Source: a virus (taxonomy: Duplodnaviria; Caudoviricetes). From it: 52,779 nucleotides of DNA. The stretch is taken from positions 1 to 52,779 of IMG/VR virus record IMGVR_UViG_3300014827_000174. One strand, 5' to 3'. The first letter of the stretch is position 1. Each line of letters starts with the position of its first letter. Below, in pieces: positions 39,683-48,667 of this stretch. The translations under genes and the position numbers were made by a program. Below the pieces are notes generated by a model. The model worked only from the letters and a program-made list of their open reading frames with translations, did no database searches and was not told the DNA's origin.

Positions 39683-41617
39683 TTAATCTTTTTTATAAAA
39701 GTTACAGATGTATCCATCCGCGCGGAGCTGCAGTCCTTTAGCCCATGCAGGAGTTTCGCCCATGATGCGGCATATCGTTTCAAGCGATGTGTCTGAGGGT
39801 GCTTCGATTACAACTTCGTCATGGACGTGCATTACGATGCGATATCCACTACTGTTTAAGCGCCGCATGGCATCCGTGAGGATATCCCTTGAGGCTGCCT
39901 GCACGATGTTTTCCACGAATTTAGGACCATAGCTTTCAATCCGCATCCACTTCTTCGATTCTCCAATGCCCTCATATGTGACAGACTCATTACCGTATCG
40001 GTTAAGTTCAATTTTGGGTTTTACATAACAGAGGTTTCTGCCTGACGGCAGCGTGATGAAAAGCATACCGCTTTGGTATGTAAACCGGATACCATGCGTT
40101 TCGGTAGAAGTCCGCTCACGCACGACTTTAATAGCCGCTTTATCGACAGCCCACCAAAATCTTACGATATGGGGATTGGCGTTTCGCCAGGCATTTACCA
40201 ACGGCTGGAGTTCATTTTCGGAAACACCCATACCGAGTGCGCCCATTGCTTTTAACGCTCCGACAGAGCCGCCATAACCGAGAGCCAGTTCAGAGATCTT
40301 ACCTTTCTGACGCAGCGGACTGCCTTTGCTTATTTCCTCTATTGGCACATGGAACATCTGCGATGCTGATGCTTCGTAAATCTTGCCGTGAGAAGCGAAT
40401 ACTTTCATACGCCACTTCTCTCCTGCTAGCCAGGCAATTACTCTTGCTTCAATTGCGGAGAAGTCAGCTACATAAAACCTACAGTCGCGTTTCGGTACAA
40501 ATGCTGTCCTTATAAGCTCTGACAGTACCATCGATACAGAATCGTATAGCATTTCAACAGCGGCAAAATCGCCTTTGTGTATTAGGCTTCGCGCTAAATC
40601 CAAATCGGGTAAATGGTTTTGCGGCAGGTTCTGCACCTGGATGAGCCTTCCGGCAAATCTCCCAGTACGGTTTGCACCATAGAACTGCAATAGTCCTCTC
40701 GTTCTACCGTCCGAGCAGACCGCGTTTTCCATAGCGGTGTATTTCTTAACGCTTGACTTGGCAAGTTCCTGCCTGAGTTCCAGTGCTATTTCAACCTCAC
40801 CAGCGGCTTCTTCAAGCAGTTCAAGCACAGCAGCTTTATTGAGCGATTCTGCTAGGACTCCTTGTTCAGCGAGCCATGTCTTCATCTGCTGCGTTGAATT
40901 TGGGTTTTCAAGCCCTGTGATTTTTCTTGCCTGGTCTATATGTGTATTTCTGAATTGCTCATCACAGCGGGTTGCCTGTTTCACGAGCGTCATATCAAGT
41001 TGTATCCCTCGGTCATTGATTTCCTGATCAAGGCTATAGTTTCTCCACTCGATATCCGGGACCGGAAATTTCAAAAACTTCACCTGCAGAGCCATTTCTG
41101 TTTCCACATCTCTGAGGTTGTATGCTTTATAAATCTCCCATTTTTCCAGATTGTCGGCAGGCATGTTTCGTATACGTCCGCCGTTAATTTTAGTTGGTCT
41201 GCAGGGTATCGAAAAGTAACGGATCAGTTCCTTACCTTCCTTTAACTTCTGCTTTTCAAGACCGACAACAGAGCCAACACCCTCAAGAGATAACGGCAGA
41301 CCGAGCGTTGCCGCCCAGACCATTGTGCATCTCCACGACTGTGGGGATAGCCATAGACCAAGATGGCGTGAAAGGCATATCCTCTCGAACTGAGCATTGA
41401 AAGCCCATTTCATCACCGAAGGGTCAATCAATGCATTTGCTATTTCCGTTGGCAATTTTTCACCGCAGGCAAGATCAGTAACCTTCACTGCACCGCCGTC
41501 GACTGAATATCCGAACAGTAATATTTCAAAATCATCAGCCTCACAGTAACGGTAAACTCCACTTTTGGGCAGGCTTATTGATGAATAAGTTTCAATATCT
41601 ATGGATATGTTTTTCAT
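39683..41617 (-). CDS. phage DNA polymerase, family A
   Basis: IDIET exonuclease motif, ADFSAIEAR motif A, KISELALGYG motif B, HVHDE motif C. Confidence 0.95.
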   Translation of the reverse strand: MKNISIDIETYSSISLPKSGVYRYCEADDFEILLFGYSVDGGAVKVTDLACGEKLPTEIANALIDPSVMKWAFNAQFERICLSRHLGLWLSPQSWRCTMVWAATLGLPLSLEGVGSVVGLEKQKLKEGKELIRYFSIPCRPTKINGGRIRNMPADNLEKWEIYKAYNLRDVETEMALQVKFLKFPVPDIEWRNYSLDQEINDRGIQLDMTLVKQATRCDEQFRNTHIDQARKITGLENPNSTQQMKTWLAEQGVLAESLNKAAVLELLEEAAGEVEIALELRQELAKSSVKKYTAMENAVCSDGRTRGLLQFYGANRTGRFAGRLIQVQNLPQNHLPDLDLARSLIHKGDFAAVEMLYDSVSMVLSELIRTAFVPKRDCRFYVADFSAIEARVIAWLAGEKWRMKVFASHGKIYEASASQMFHVPIEEISKGSPLRQKGKISELALGYGGSVGALKAMGALGMGVSENELQPLVNAWRNANPHIVRFWWAVDKAAIKVVRERTSTETHGIRFTYQSGMLFITLPSGRNLCYVKPKIELNRYGNESVTYEGIGESKKWMRIESYGPKFVENIVQAASRDILTDAMRRLNSSGYRIVMHVHDEVVIEAPSDTSLETICRIMGETPAWAKGLQLRADGYICNFYKKD

Positions 41618-41671
41618 TGATAACCTCCTTTAAGGAGGACAGTCGAAACCATCCTCCCCTTGAGTTAATTG

Positions 41672-42217
41672 TTAGGATAAAAAATCATCATCGACTTCAG
41701 TGGTGAAATCATCAGCTGCATTGGATTTGCCACCAAGAGGTTCACCATCACGGATCTTCTGGATATTACTGAGACCGCAGGCAATACCACGATTTCCGTT
41801 GGAGTTGAATGCGTAGAAGTTAATGGACACTCTCGCATAAACTCCGGAATATAACTCGGAGCGGTCTAGTATTGGATTTACTGACCGGTCAACAACTTGA
41901 GGAGCGGTTGAGCTGTTGGCATTAAGGAAATAACAGCCTTTATATGCGTCATCGTCACGCTCCGCATCGCCATCACGAAGTGGTAGTTTCAAAGCGGCTT
42001 TGCTCGGGATCTTACCTCCGAATTTTCCTTTGCCTTCCTCAATTGCGCCATCCACAGCGGCGTTGATAGCACTAAGTGTTTTGGTATCGGACTTGGAAAC
42101 GATAAGGCTGACGCTGTATTTCTCGGTACCTCCGTTAATGGATTTAGGCTCCCACACGTTTGCGTAGGACAGACGAACAACACCTGTAACAACTTTTGTA
42201 GCAACTTGATTTTTCAT
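41672..42217 (-). CDS. DUF2815 (T7 gp2.5-like ssDNA-binding) protein
   Basis: RLSYANVWEP, LRDGD, acidic tail DDDFLS. Confidence 0.9.
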   Translation of the reverse strand: MKNQVATKVVTGVVRLSYANVWEPKSINGGTEKYSVSLIVSKSDTKTLSAINAAVDGAIEEGKGKFGGKIPSKAALKLPLRDGDAERDDDAYKGCYFLNANSSTAPQVVDRSVNPILDRSELYSGVYARVSINFYAFNSNGNRGIACGLSNIQKIRDGEPLGGKSNAADDFTTEVDDDFLS

Positions 42218-42220
42218 ATT

Positions 42221-43357
42221 TTAATCCTCCATAATTTCATTAAATTCATTTTTTGCACTTGATGTATTGATAACTGAACGCTTGTCTCCAGCAGGAACGA
42301 ACGTCGGCTTACCCGGTGGTTTGAAAATTAGGCCGCCGAGAACCTCCTTGAATGTCTTTTTCCCCATCAACTTTTCCATTTTGGTAAGGGGGATGAGACT
42401 TTGTTTGTAGATGTCGCGGTAACCAGCACCCATTGCAGTATCCGCTACAACAACTTCATCTGTGTACTTGCGATTGGATCGTCCCTCAACCACCTTGAAG
42501 CCCGACCACTGTTTGCCATGATTGATTGCTGCATCAGCGGCATAAGCCATGATTCCATTTGCCCACTTTGTCAGGTCATTGATGGAAAAAAGGACATCTT
42601 CGATTTCCACATCGGTTAATAATGGAGGGAGAGCAAACTCAAAACTTGCAAGTTTCAATTTTGCCTCAGCTCTCGCGCGACATTTAACTGAGGCTCGGCA
42701 GAAGGTACACCATTCGCCTGGACAGTAGCTTCCTTCTCCTTTATATGCAAGAGCCGCTTTTGGTTTCAGCACCGTTTCCGCCCACTTTTTAAGATCGTCC
42801 ACGGGGATTGTCCATGTGCTGATATTTTCACGTCGTGGCTGATAGATGGTCATTGAAACCTCTGATATGTCATATAGACTATCGAAAATTTCCAGCGCAC
42901 CTAGCGCGTAAAGCATTATCTGAGGGTTTTTCTCCACATCGACCAGAACACCCAAACCGTACTTAAAATCAATGATATGGAGTCGTTCGTCACCAATAAT
43001 GATGGAGTCACCGGTCCCAAAGCCTTCTGGCACATAACTAGAAAAGTCGAGATGCTGCTCAATCAACACAATCGGGTCGTTGCATTTTAGTTTCGCTTGT
43101 GCCAAGGACTCAAGCACATAATCCACATACTCATCGGTGTATAGGTCCATCTCATCGCAGTCATACTTTGAGATTGGCTTCTTGGAACGCATTTTAAGTG
43201 CCTTACGCAGCTTATGTTCCCCTAGTTCGTGTGCAGCTGTTCCTTCTGCTGCGGCTTCCGTTTCGTTGTTGCTAAATTCCAACTCCAGCCTTGCCGAAGG
43301 TGGGCAGTTCAGCCAACGGTGAGATGCGGAGGCAGAAAGTACTGCGTGATTACCCAT
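42221..43357 (-). CDS. DUF2800 (Cas4-like PD-(D/E)xK) exonuclease
   Basis: LSASASHRWLNCP, GTGD, IIDFKYG, CTFC...C. Confidence 0.9.
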   Translation of the reverse strand: MGNHAVLSASASHRWLNCPPSARLELEFSNNETEAAAEGTAAHELGEHKLRKALKMRSKKPISKYDCDEMDLYTDEYVDYVLESLAQAKLKCNDPIVLIEQHLDFSSYVPEGFGTGDSIIIGDERLHIIDFKYGLGVLVDVEKNPQIMLYALGALEIFDSLYDISEVSMTIYQPRRENISTWTIPVDDLKKWAETVLKPKAALAYKGEGSYCPGEWCTFCRASVKCRARAEAKLKLASFEFALPPLLTDVEIEDVLFSINDLTKWANGIMAYAADAAINHGKQWSGFKVVEGRSNRKYTDEVVVADTAMGAGYRDIYKQSLIPLTKMEKLMGKKTFKEVLGGLIFKPPGKPTFVPAGDKRSVINTSSAKNEFNEIMED

Positions 43358-43688
43358 TACCGAGTCCCTCCGCATCTGTCAGAAGGTCGGCATATTTTAC
43401 TGAGTCAACCTCGCTGAGTTTCTTTGCACCATATTTACCGAGTAATTCTCTGACCTCTGCGGTAAGGTTGTTTCTGCTCTTTTCCGCAAGTACCATTCTG
43501 ACTTGTTCCAGCGTTACTGTTGGCTGCAGCGGATCAGGTTCTGTTTCTGTTTTTGGAGTGGAATCATTAATAGAGGCAGCTACTATGTTTTCTTCGTTCT
43601 GCAGCATTGTCTCTGCTACAGCCTGTACGGTGTCAGCAAGACTGCGCATATCAGACACCACATCGAACAGCTGTTTTATTTTACTCAT
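43350..43688 (-). CDS. conserved phage protein of the PolA/DUF2800 module
   Basis: TLEQVRMVLAEKSR...LLGKYGAKKLSEV. Confidence 0.75.
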   Translation of the reverse strand: MSKIKQLFDVVSDMRSLADTVQAVAETMLQNEENIVAASINDSTPKTETEPDPLQPTVTLEQVRMVLAEKSRNNLTAEVRELLGKYGAKKLSEVDSVKYADLLTDAEGLGNG

Positions 43689-43890
43689 TGAACTCACCTC
43701 TTTCCTTGATTTCTTTGATTTCCACCGTTTCGACCGTATTGCCCGGTGTCAAGACAATCACTCCGACTTTCTCGCCGAACAGAAAGTCTAGCAGCCGGCT
43801 TCGAATCTGCATTGTGCCACTTCTGATTACCGGATTCTTGCTGCCATCCTGGTGGGTCACATTGATGTACACTTTGTGCCTTAAGCCCAT
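43681..43890 (-). CDS. small conserved phage early protein
   Basis: RLLDFLFGEK...PGNTVETVEIKE; AAGGAG RBS. Confidence 0.7.
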   Translation of the reverse strand: MGLRHKVYINVTHQDGSKNPVIRSGTMQIRSRLLDFLFGEKVGVIVLTPGNTVETVEIKEIKERGEFNE

Positions 43891-43933
43891 GGCTTTCAGC
43901 TCCTTCCGGAGGTTTTGTTTTCTCGACCTCCAT

Positions 43934-43965
43934 CTATAAGCGATAAATCGGGGGTATTCGAACCC
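43934..43965 (-). promoter_or_regulatory. candidate phage-sigma promoter, copy 1
   Basis: GGGTTCGAA-N14-CGCTTATAG immediately after the sigma gene stop. Confidence 0.65.
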
Positions 43966-43971
43966 CCCTTT

Positions 43972-44463
43972 TTAGGAGAAATATTTTCGCAGTTTCTCAT
44001 TGATTTTTTTTAGACGATTGCGAATGGCAGCCTCACTCACGCCTTCTTCGGCTGCGATATTGGTGTTGGTACGCCTGTCTACATAAATCTTCTTGAAAAG
44101 CTCTATCTGCTGAGGTAGAAGGCATTGCATAGCAGTTGCCAGCGTATCAAGCTGAGATTGACGAGTTTTAACATTCTCTTGTTCTATGGCAATGATTTCC
44201 GGATTCATGCTGTCATCTGCGAGGTAGGTATTGCGATCATCGGCTTTCTTACCGTTGCCATCATGGTATGCATCAAGGCTTGAGGTCCGGTAATCAGAAC
44301 GACGCTGTTCATCGACTTCGGCATCATCCATTTCATGAAGCAAATCAATATTCGCTTCGGTAACTCCTTTTTCGTCGGGAGTAAGAATAATTCGATCTCC
44401 CTCGGAGGTGTAATAGATATAGCTAGTGCGATTCTTTTGGCTGGTTTTGAATTGTCTTGACAT
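43972..44463 (-). CDS. sigma-70 region 4 domain sigma-factor-like protein
   Basis: LLPQQIELF...IAAEEGVSEAAIRNRLKKI HTH. Confidence 0.85.
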   Translation of the reverse strand: MSRQFKTSQKNRTSYIYYTSEGDRIILTPDEKGVTEANIDLLHEMDDAEVDEQRRSDYRTSSLDAYHDGNGKKADDRNTYLADDSMNPEIIAIEQENVKTRQSQLDTLATAMQCLLPQQIELFKKIYVDRRTNTNIAAEEGVSEAAIRNRLKKINEKLRKYFS

Positions 44464-44499
44464 GATTTGACTCCTTTGTTTTTCAAAATTTGGCTTTTG

Positions 44500-44601
44500 A
44501 AATCCGCAGGAGCCGAATCAATCCGTAGAACGAAAAACGACGGCCAGGATAGTCCTCTGTTATGAGAACTAATCCTGGCCGTCGTGCAGCTCTGCGGATT
44601 T
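44500..44601 (-). promoter_or_regulatory. nested structured leader RNA / attenuator upstream of the sigma gene
   Basis: Inner stem acgacggccaggat/atcctggccgtcgt (44537-44585) with minus-strand U tract; outer stem aaatccgcag/ctgcggattt. Confidence 0.65.
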
Positions 44602-44621
44602 GCTATTTACTTGGTTGTATC

Positions 44622-44831
44622 TTATGCTGCGCAGTGGTGGCTTTCGATATGGAAAGCGTTGGTGCTGATGCGACTAACCATTGTTACAGTGCCTTCCCGT
44701 TCGATTGTGAACGTTCCACCAACAGGCAGGTGTGTACTGTTTCTGCAACGCTTATATGCAACTTCTACAAGCCCTGTAGTCGCGTTTCCCTTGCAGGCAA
44801 TGCGACCGTTGCAATCACGAATCTCCTCCAT
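44622..44831 (-). CDS. small hypothetical early protein
   Basis: AAAGGAGG RBS, MEEIRDCNGRIACK. Confidence 0.6.
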   Translation of the reverse strand: MEEIRDCNGRIACKGNATTGLVEVAYKRCRNSTHLPVGGTFTIEREGTVTMVSRISTNAFHIESHHCAA

Positions 44832-45023
44832 GAGATATCCTCCTTTCTGCAATTCTTCTCTTTTGCGTCTGTTTCGTTTCCGTTCGTGAATATTGCATCG
44901 ACAAACGCAAATTCAAGTTATATAATGTAAAATATTAGTGTATTGTGGCTTTGACAGTGATTCCAACTCGCCCGCCAACTGATCTTTCTGACTTTATTAT
45001 AGAAAAAATCAGCCTTCGCATCG

Positions 45024-45058
45024 CGGAGGGCAACGGAGAGTTTCGGAGTAAAACGGAG
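45024..45058 (+). repeat. four CGGAG direct repeats at exact 10-bp period (candidate operator)
   Basis: CGGAG at 45024, 45034, 45044, 45054. Confidence 0.65.
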
Positions 45059-45080
45059 CTTTTATAGAGGAGGAGCCAGC

Positions 45081-46067
45081 GTGTATCTTAATAAGTTTGT
45101 TCAGTTGCTTTATCCGTATTTAGGTGATGGGAAATCGCCATCTGAATACCTAAAGACACTCTTTGATAATTTTATGGAAGAGCCAAACGGCAGTCAGGAC
45201 GTAAACGGCAACTATAATCCTCTTTATGATCTCACGTCGGACTTTCTCAATAGAATCTACAATGGCACGGAGAAGCTCGCAAAAACACGCGCGACCACAA
45301 TACTTGGTCGTCTGGACAAAAGCAAATTCTCCGATTATTTCAATGACACGCTGGCGCTGGATGCGATAACTGCTATTGAGGAGCAATTTGGAAAGCATCA
45401 AATACAGATGACCGTAACCGAAGTGCCGGGAAAGTGCATCGAGATACTTACGGGCATATTGAATGAGATAGCAAGCGGCACAAAAAAGAAAAGCACCAGT
45501 GACGCATCTTCTCTACAAGGAAAAATGATGCTATCACAGGTGCCATCACCAAGTGTCAGTGTTAAAGATGGAAAAATCTATATTGGCGGGCAAAATATAG
45601 AATTACCTAAAAATTTAAAACTGCCAGTGGATATTGCGCCAACGGAACTACCCTATGTGGAAGAGCTGTTTGCCGCTTATGCTCAAGCAGAGCATAAGGG
45701 AAGCGTAACAAAGGACATGTTACCGCAGATGCCTACAAAATATGAGCGCAATTTTACAGAGCAGCGGGAGAATTATTATAACGCCGAAAGTATCCGGCGG
45801 TCGGTTCGTGAAGTATTCAGCGGTGGTGAAGATGATTTTAATCGCTTGAAAGACGACACATATGATGGTGTCAGCGACACCTGCTGGGATGACTATGAAC
45901 ATGGGTACGCCCGTTTGGTGGCTGTACTTAAGCAAGTATCACAGATAACGCTTTCAAAGTCTTACTTGGCGCAAATTTCCAACTGGATTGGAAACAGTGA
46001 AAAGAAAGGCGTTTGCCATATGCTGGTGAACGATGGCAGAATCCATTGGGTGGTTGATGATGAGTGA
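45081..46067 (+). CDS. ABC three-component (Lamassu-like) effector/CTD protein with a possible N-terminal HTH
   Basis: C-terminal QRENYYNAES...KKGVCHMLVNDGRIHW resembles ABC-3C CTDs; first gene of an overlapping 3-gene operon. Confidence 0.7.
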   Translation: MYLNKFVQLLYPYLGDGKSPSEYLKTLFDNFMEEPNGSQDVNGNYNPLYDLTSDFLNRIYNGTEKLAKTRATTILGRLDKSKFSDYFNDTLALDAITAIEEQFGKHQIQMTVTEVPGKCIEILTGILNEIASGTKKKSTSDASSLQGKMMLSQVPSPSVSVKDGKIYIGGQNIELPKNLKLPVDIAPTELPYVEELFAAYAQAEHKGSVTKDMLPQMPTKYERNFTEQRENYYNAESIRRSVREVFSGGEDDFNRLKDDTYDGVSDTCWDDYEHGYARLVAVLKQVSQITLSKSYLAQISNWIGNSEKKGVCHMLVNDGRIHWVVDDE

Positions 46068-46521
46068 CTTGTTTAATACGCCTTTTGAGATTTCTATGCG
46101 CATTTTATTGACGCTCTTTGTTTGCAGCGGAAAAAGCAGAACAGTCGATATGATTGCTGCGGCGGATTTCTTAACTATTTACAGCCGCAATTTTGGAATC
46201 GTAGATTACAACCTTCACGGAGAGAATTCTTTTAATTTCAGCGAACTTGCTTCACGACGCAAGCTCATGAACGAGGCAATAAAGCAGTTGGTCGTTGATG
46301 GGTTGATTGCTGTTGTCTGGGGAAAACAGGGCTTTCAATATAAGCTGAATTCACCTGGTCGACAGGTATGCGATTGTTTTTCGACGGTCTATGCAGCGGA
46401 GTATATTTGGCTGGCACAGGCCGTCTATGACTTTATTGACGACAAGACGGAGCTTGAAGTAATACGCCTGATTAACAATCGAGCCACTATGACGAGGGAA
46501 AGGAGAACGGACAATGGCTAA
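46057..46521 (+). CDS. ABC three-component system middle component
   Basis: FNTPFEISMR, DFLTIYS, NLHGEN. Confidence 0.75.
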   Translation: MMSDLFNTPFEISMRILLTLFVCSGKSRTVDMIAAADFLTIYSRNFGIVDYNLHGENSFNFSELASRRKLMNEAIKQLVVDGLIAVVWGKQGFQYKLNSPGRQVCDCFSTVYAAEYIWLAQAVYDFIDDKTELEVIRLINNRATMTRERRTDNG

Positions 46522-48313
46522 CTTTTATATTCAGAAGATAACCGCGTCAGGCAACGGAAAAAATAATTCCATTGTTAAGTTCAATCCTGGCCTGAATGTT
46601 ATTTACGGACGCTCCAACACAGGAAAGACCTGCATTGTCAAGTGTATCAATTTTATATTTGGAGGTTCCGTACTTCCTTTTTCTGAAAAGACAGGATACA
46701 CCTGCGTGCAGATGGACGTCAGGACGCTAAGCGGTCATTTGATTCTGGAAAGAAAACTTGACGAGAATAAAATATCCGTTTTCAGCACTGATGAAAATAT
46801 CGAGTCCGGGAAATATAATTCAAAAAAAGGGAAAAATCTAATCAGCTCTGTATTGCTAAAGCTGATGGGAATTGAAGACGACCATCAGATTATTTCAAAT
46901 GAAAACTTTAAAACGAAGCACCTTACATGGCGTACCTTTGTGCATATGTTGATAGTTAATGAGCGCGAAATCGACAGAGAAAGCTCTATCATTCTGCCGA
47001 AAATGCCACAGCACCAAACGGCGTTTCTCTCCTCGCTGCTCTTCCTGTTATATGACAAGGACTTCTCGGGGTTTGATGAGCGTGAAAGCAAAAAGGAAAA
47101 AGCTATTCGCAAGGCCGCCGTGGAAAAATACATCAACGGCGAACTAAGTTCCTTTGCCGAACGTAAGCAAGTCGTAACGGATAACTTGAGCAGATTTGAG
47201 GAAATCAATGTTGAGCGAAAAATTGAAGAACTTGTCGATTCCCTTAGCAAGACGGAAGACCGTATTTCCGAAGCTATGACTCGAAGCAAAACGCTTTTAG
47301 AGGAAATGCTCCAAATGCAAGAAAGTCTAGCAGAGTGCAGTATGCTGTTTTCTCGTTATCAATCGCTGAAAAGCCAATATGCAGCGGACATCAAACGGCT
47401 GACATTCATTGTCGATGGCGAGGCAGCAATGCATAGTGTACCGCATGATGCGAAATGTCCGTTCTGTGACGGGAATTTGCCCTTAAAGGAGCAAGAATCC
47501 TATACAGATGCCGCCAGCGCCGAACTGAGCAGAATCGTCGCGCAGTTGGGAGGCCTGAATGAGTCTGAGCAGGATTTGGTGCAGCGCCGTGCTGACCTTG
47601 AACTGAAGATAGCCAGTCTGACCGATGAAAAATCGAATGTTGAAGCTCTGGTCAATTCGGAACTCAAGCCAAAAGCAAAAGATCTGGCCGAGTCCATCAA
47701 CGGATATCGTGACTACATTCAGTTGCAAAACGAACTGGATATCATTCATCGCCTGTCGGATGGCTGGACTACCGACTTGCGAGGTATGCAGAACGAAGAG
47801 GACTCGCAGATAAAATACAAACCGAAGGATTTCTTTGATGATAACTTTTGGAAAACAATAGATGCATATTTGCAGGAAATTTTATTTGAGTGCAACTACA
47901 CGCCATTGGTTTCGGCTCGACTCTCCAAAGAGAACTTCGATATCGAAGTAAATGGCAACAAGAAAGCCGTAAATTATGGTAAGGGATACTGCGCTTTTTT
48001 AAACACGGTGTTGACGCTTGCATTCAGGAAATATCTTGCGATGAATGCGGTATATAATCCGGGAATATTTGTGATAGATACGCCTTTGCTGGGCTTGGAC
48101 GAAGGCACACACAACGAAGCTCCAGACAGCATTCAAAGGTCTTTATTCCAGTATTTCATCGACCATCAGGTCGAGGGTCAGCTGATTGTTGTGGAAAACA
48201 TAAACACGATACCGAAATTAGACTATGCCGCTTCGGGTGCGCAAGAGATCGTCTTCACCAGAGGCCTATCAGAGGGCAGATATGGATTTCTTGACGGTGT
48301 TAAGGATCTATGA
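46514..48313 (+). CDS. SMC/Rad50-like ABC ATPase (LmuB-like)
   Basis: GRSNTGKT Walker A, coiled coils with CPFC zinc hook, YGKG signature variant, FVIDTP Walker B. Confidence 0.85.
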   Translation: MANFYIQKITASGNGKNNSIVKFNPGLNVIYGRSNTGKTCIVKCINFIFGGSVLPFSEKTGYTCVQMDVRTLSGHLILERKLDENKISVFSTDENIESGKYNSKKGKNLISSVLLKLMGIEDDHQIISNENFKTKHLTWRTFVHMLIVNEREIDRESSIILPKMPQHQTAFLSSLLFLLYDKDFSGFDERESKKEKAIRKAAVEKYINGELSSFAERKQVVTDNLSRFEEINVERKIEELVDSLSKTEDRISEAMTRSKTLLEEMLQMQESLAECSMLFSRYQSLKSQYAADIKRLTFIVDGEAAMHSVPHDAKCPFCDGNLPLKEQESYTDAASAELSRIVAQLGGLNESEQDLVQRRADLELKIASLTDEKSNVEALVNSELKPKAKDLAESINGYRDYIQLQNELDIIHRLSDGWTTDLRGMQNEEDSQIKYKPKDFFDDNFWKTIDAYLQEILFECNYTPLVSARLSKENFDIEVNGNKKAVNYGKGYCAFLNTVLTLAFRKYLAMNAVYNPGIFVIDTPLLGLDEGTHNEAPDSIQRSLFQYFIDHQVEGQLIVVENINTIPKLDYAASGAQEIVFTRGLSEGRYGFLDGVKDL

Positions 48314-48346
48314 TAACGCACACCGCACATAACAAGGAGGCAAAAA

Positions 48347-48565
48347 ATGTATATCAGTTACAATAAGCTGTGGAAATTGTTGATTGACAGGAACATGAAC
48401 AAGCAGGACTTGAAGAAAGCAACCGGCGTCAGCTCCGCCTCCATTGCCAAATTGGGTAAAGGCGAAAACATCACAACAGATGTACTGATGAAGATATGCA
48501 AAGTTCTTGATTGTGATATTGCAGATATAATGGAAATAGTAAATGATGAAGACAAAACCCAATAA
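48347..48565 (+). CDS. Cro/C1-type HTH regulator
   Basis: SYNKLWKLLID...GVSSASIAKLGKGENI. Confidence 0.9.
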   Translation: MYISYNKLWKLLIDRNMNKQDLKKATGVSSASIAKLGKGENITTDVLMKICKVLDCDIADIMEIVNDEDKTQ

Positions 48566-48667
48566 CAGCTGAATCCGTTATAGAAATAGCCAATAGATTT
48601 AGAATTATTGTGCCGAATTAATGACAGATATATAAGAGTGCCACTTGGCACAGAAGCGAGGAACTTT

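Larger units (their letters stand above)
4350..44900 (-). mobile_element. prophage (siphovirus morphology, PolA/VirE replication, triple serine recombinase); att sites not located, cargo may extend to about 1.9 kb and beyond 52.8 kb
   Basis: Complete co-oriented replication, packaging, head, tail, lysis and recombinase modules; visibly more GC-rich than the left flank. Confidence 0.93.

Noticed and set aside
42221-43357. Cas4-like gene as evidence of CRISPR-Cas
   Set aside because: DUF2800 is a routine member of this phage replication module; no array or other cas genes
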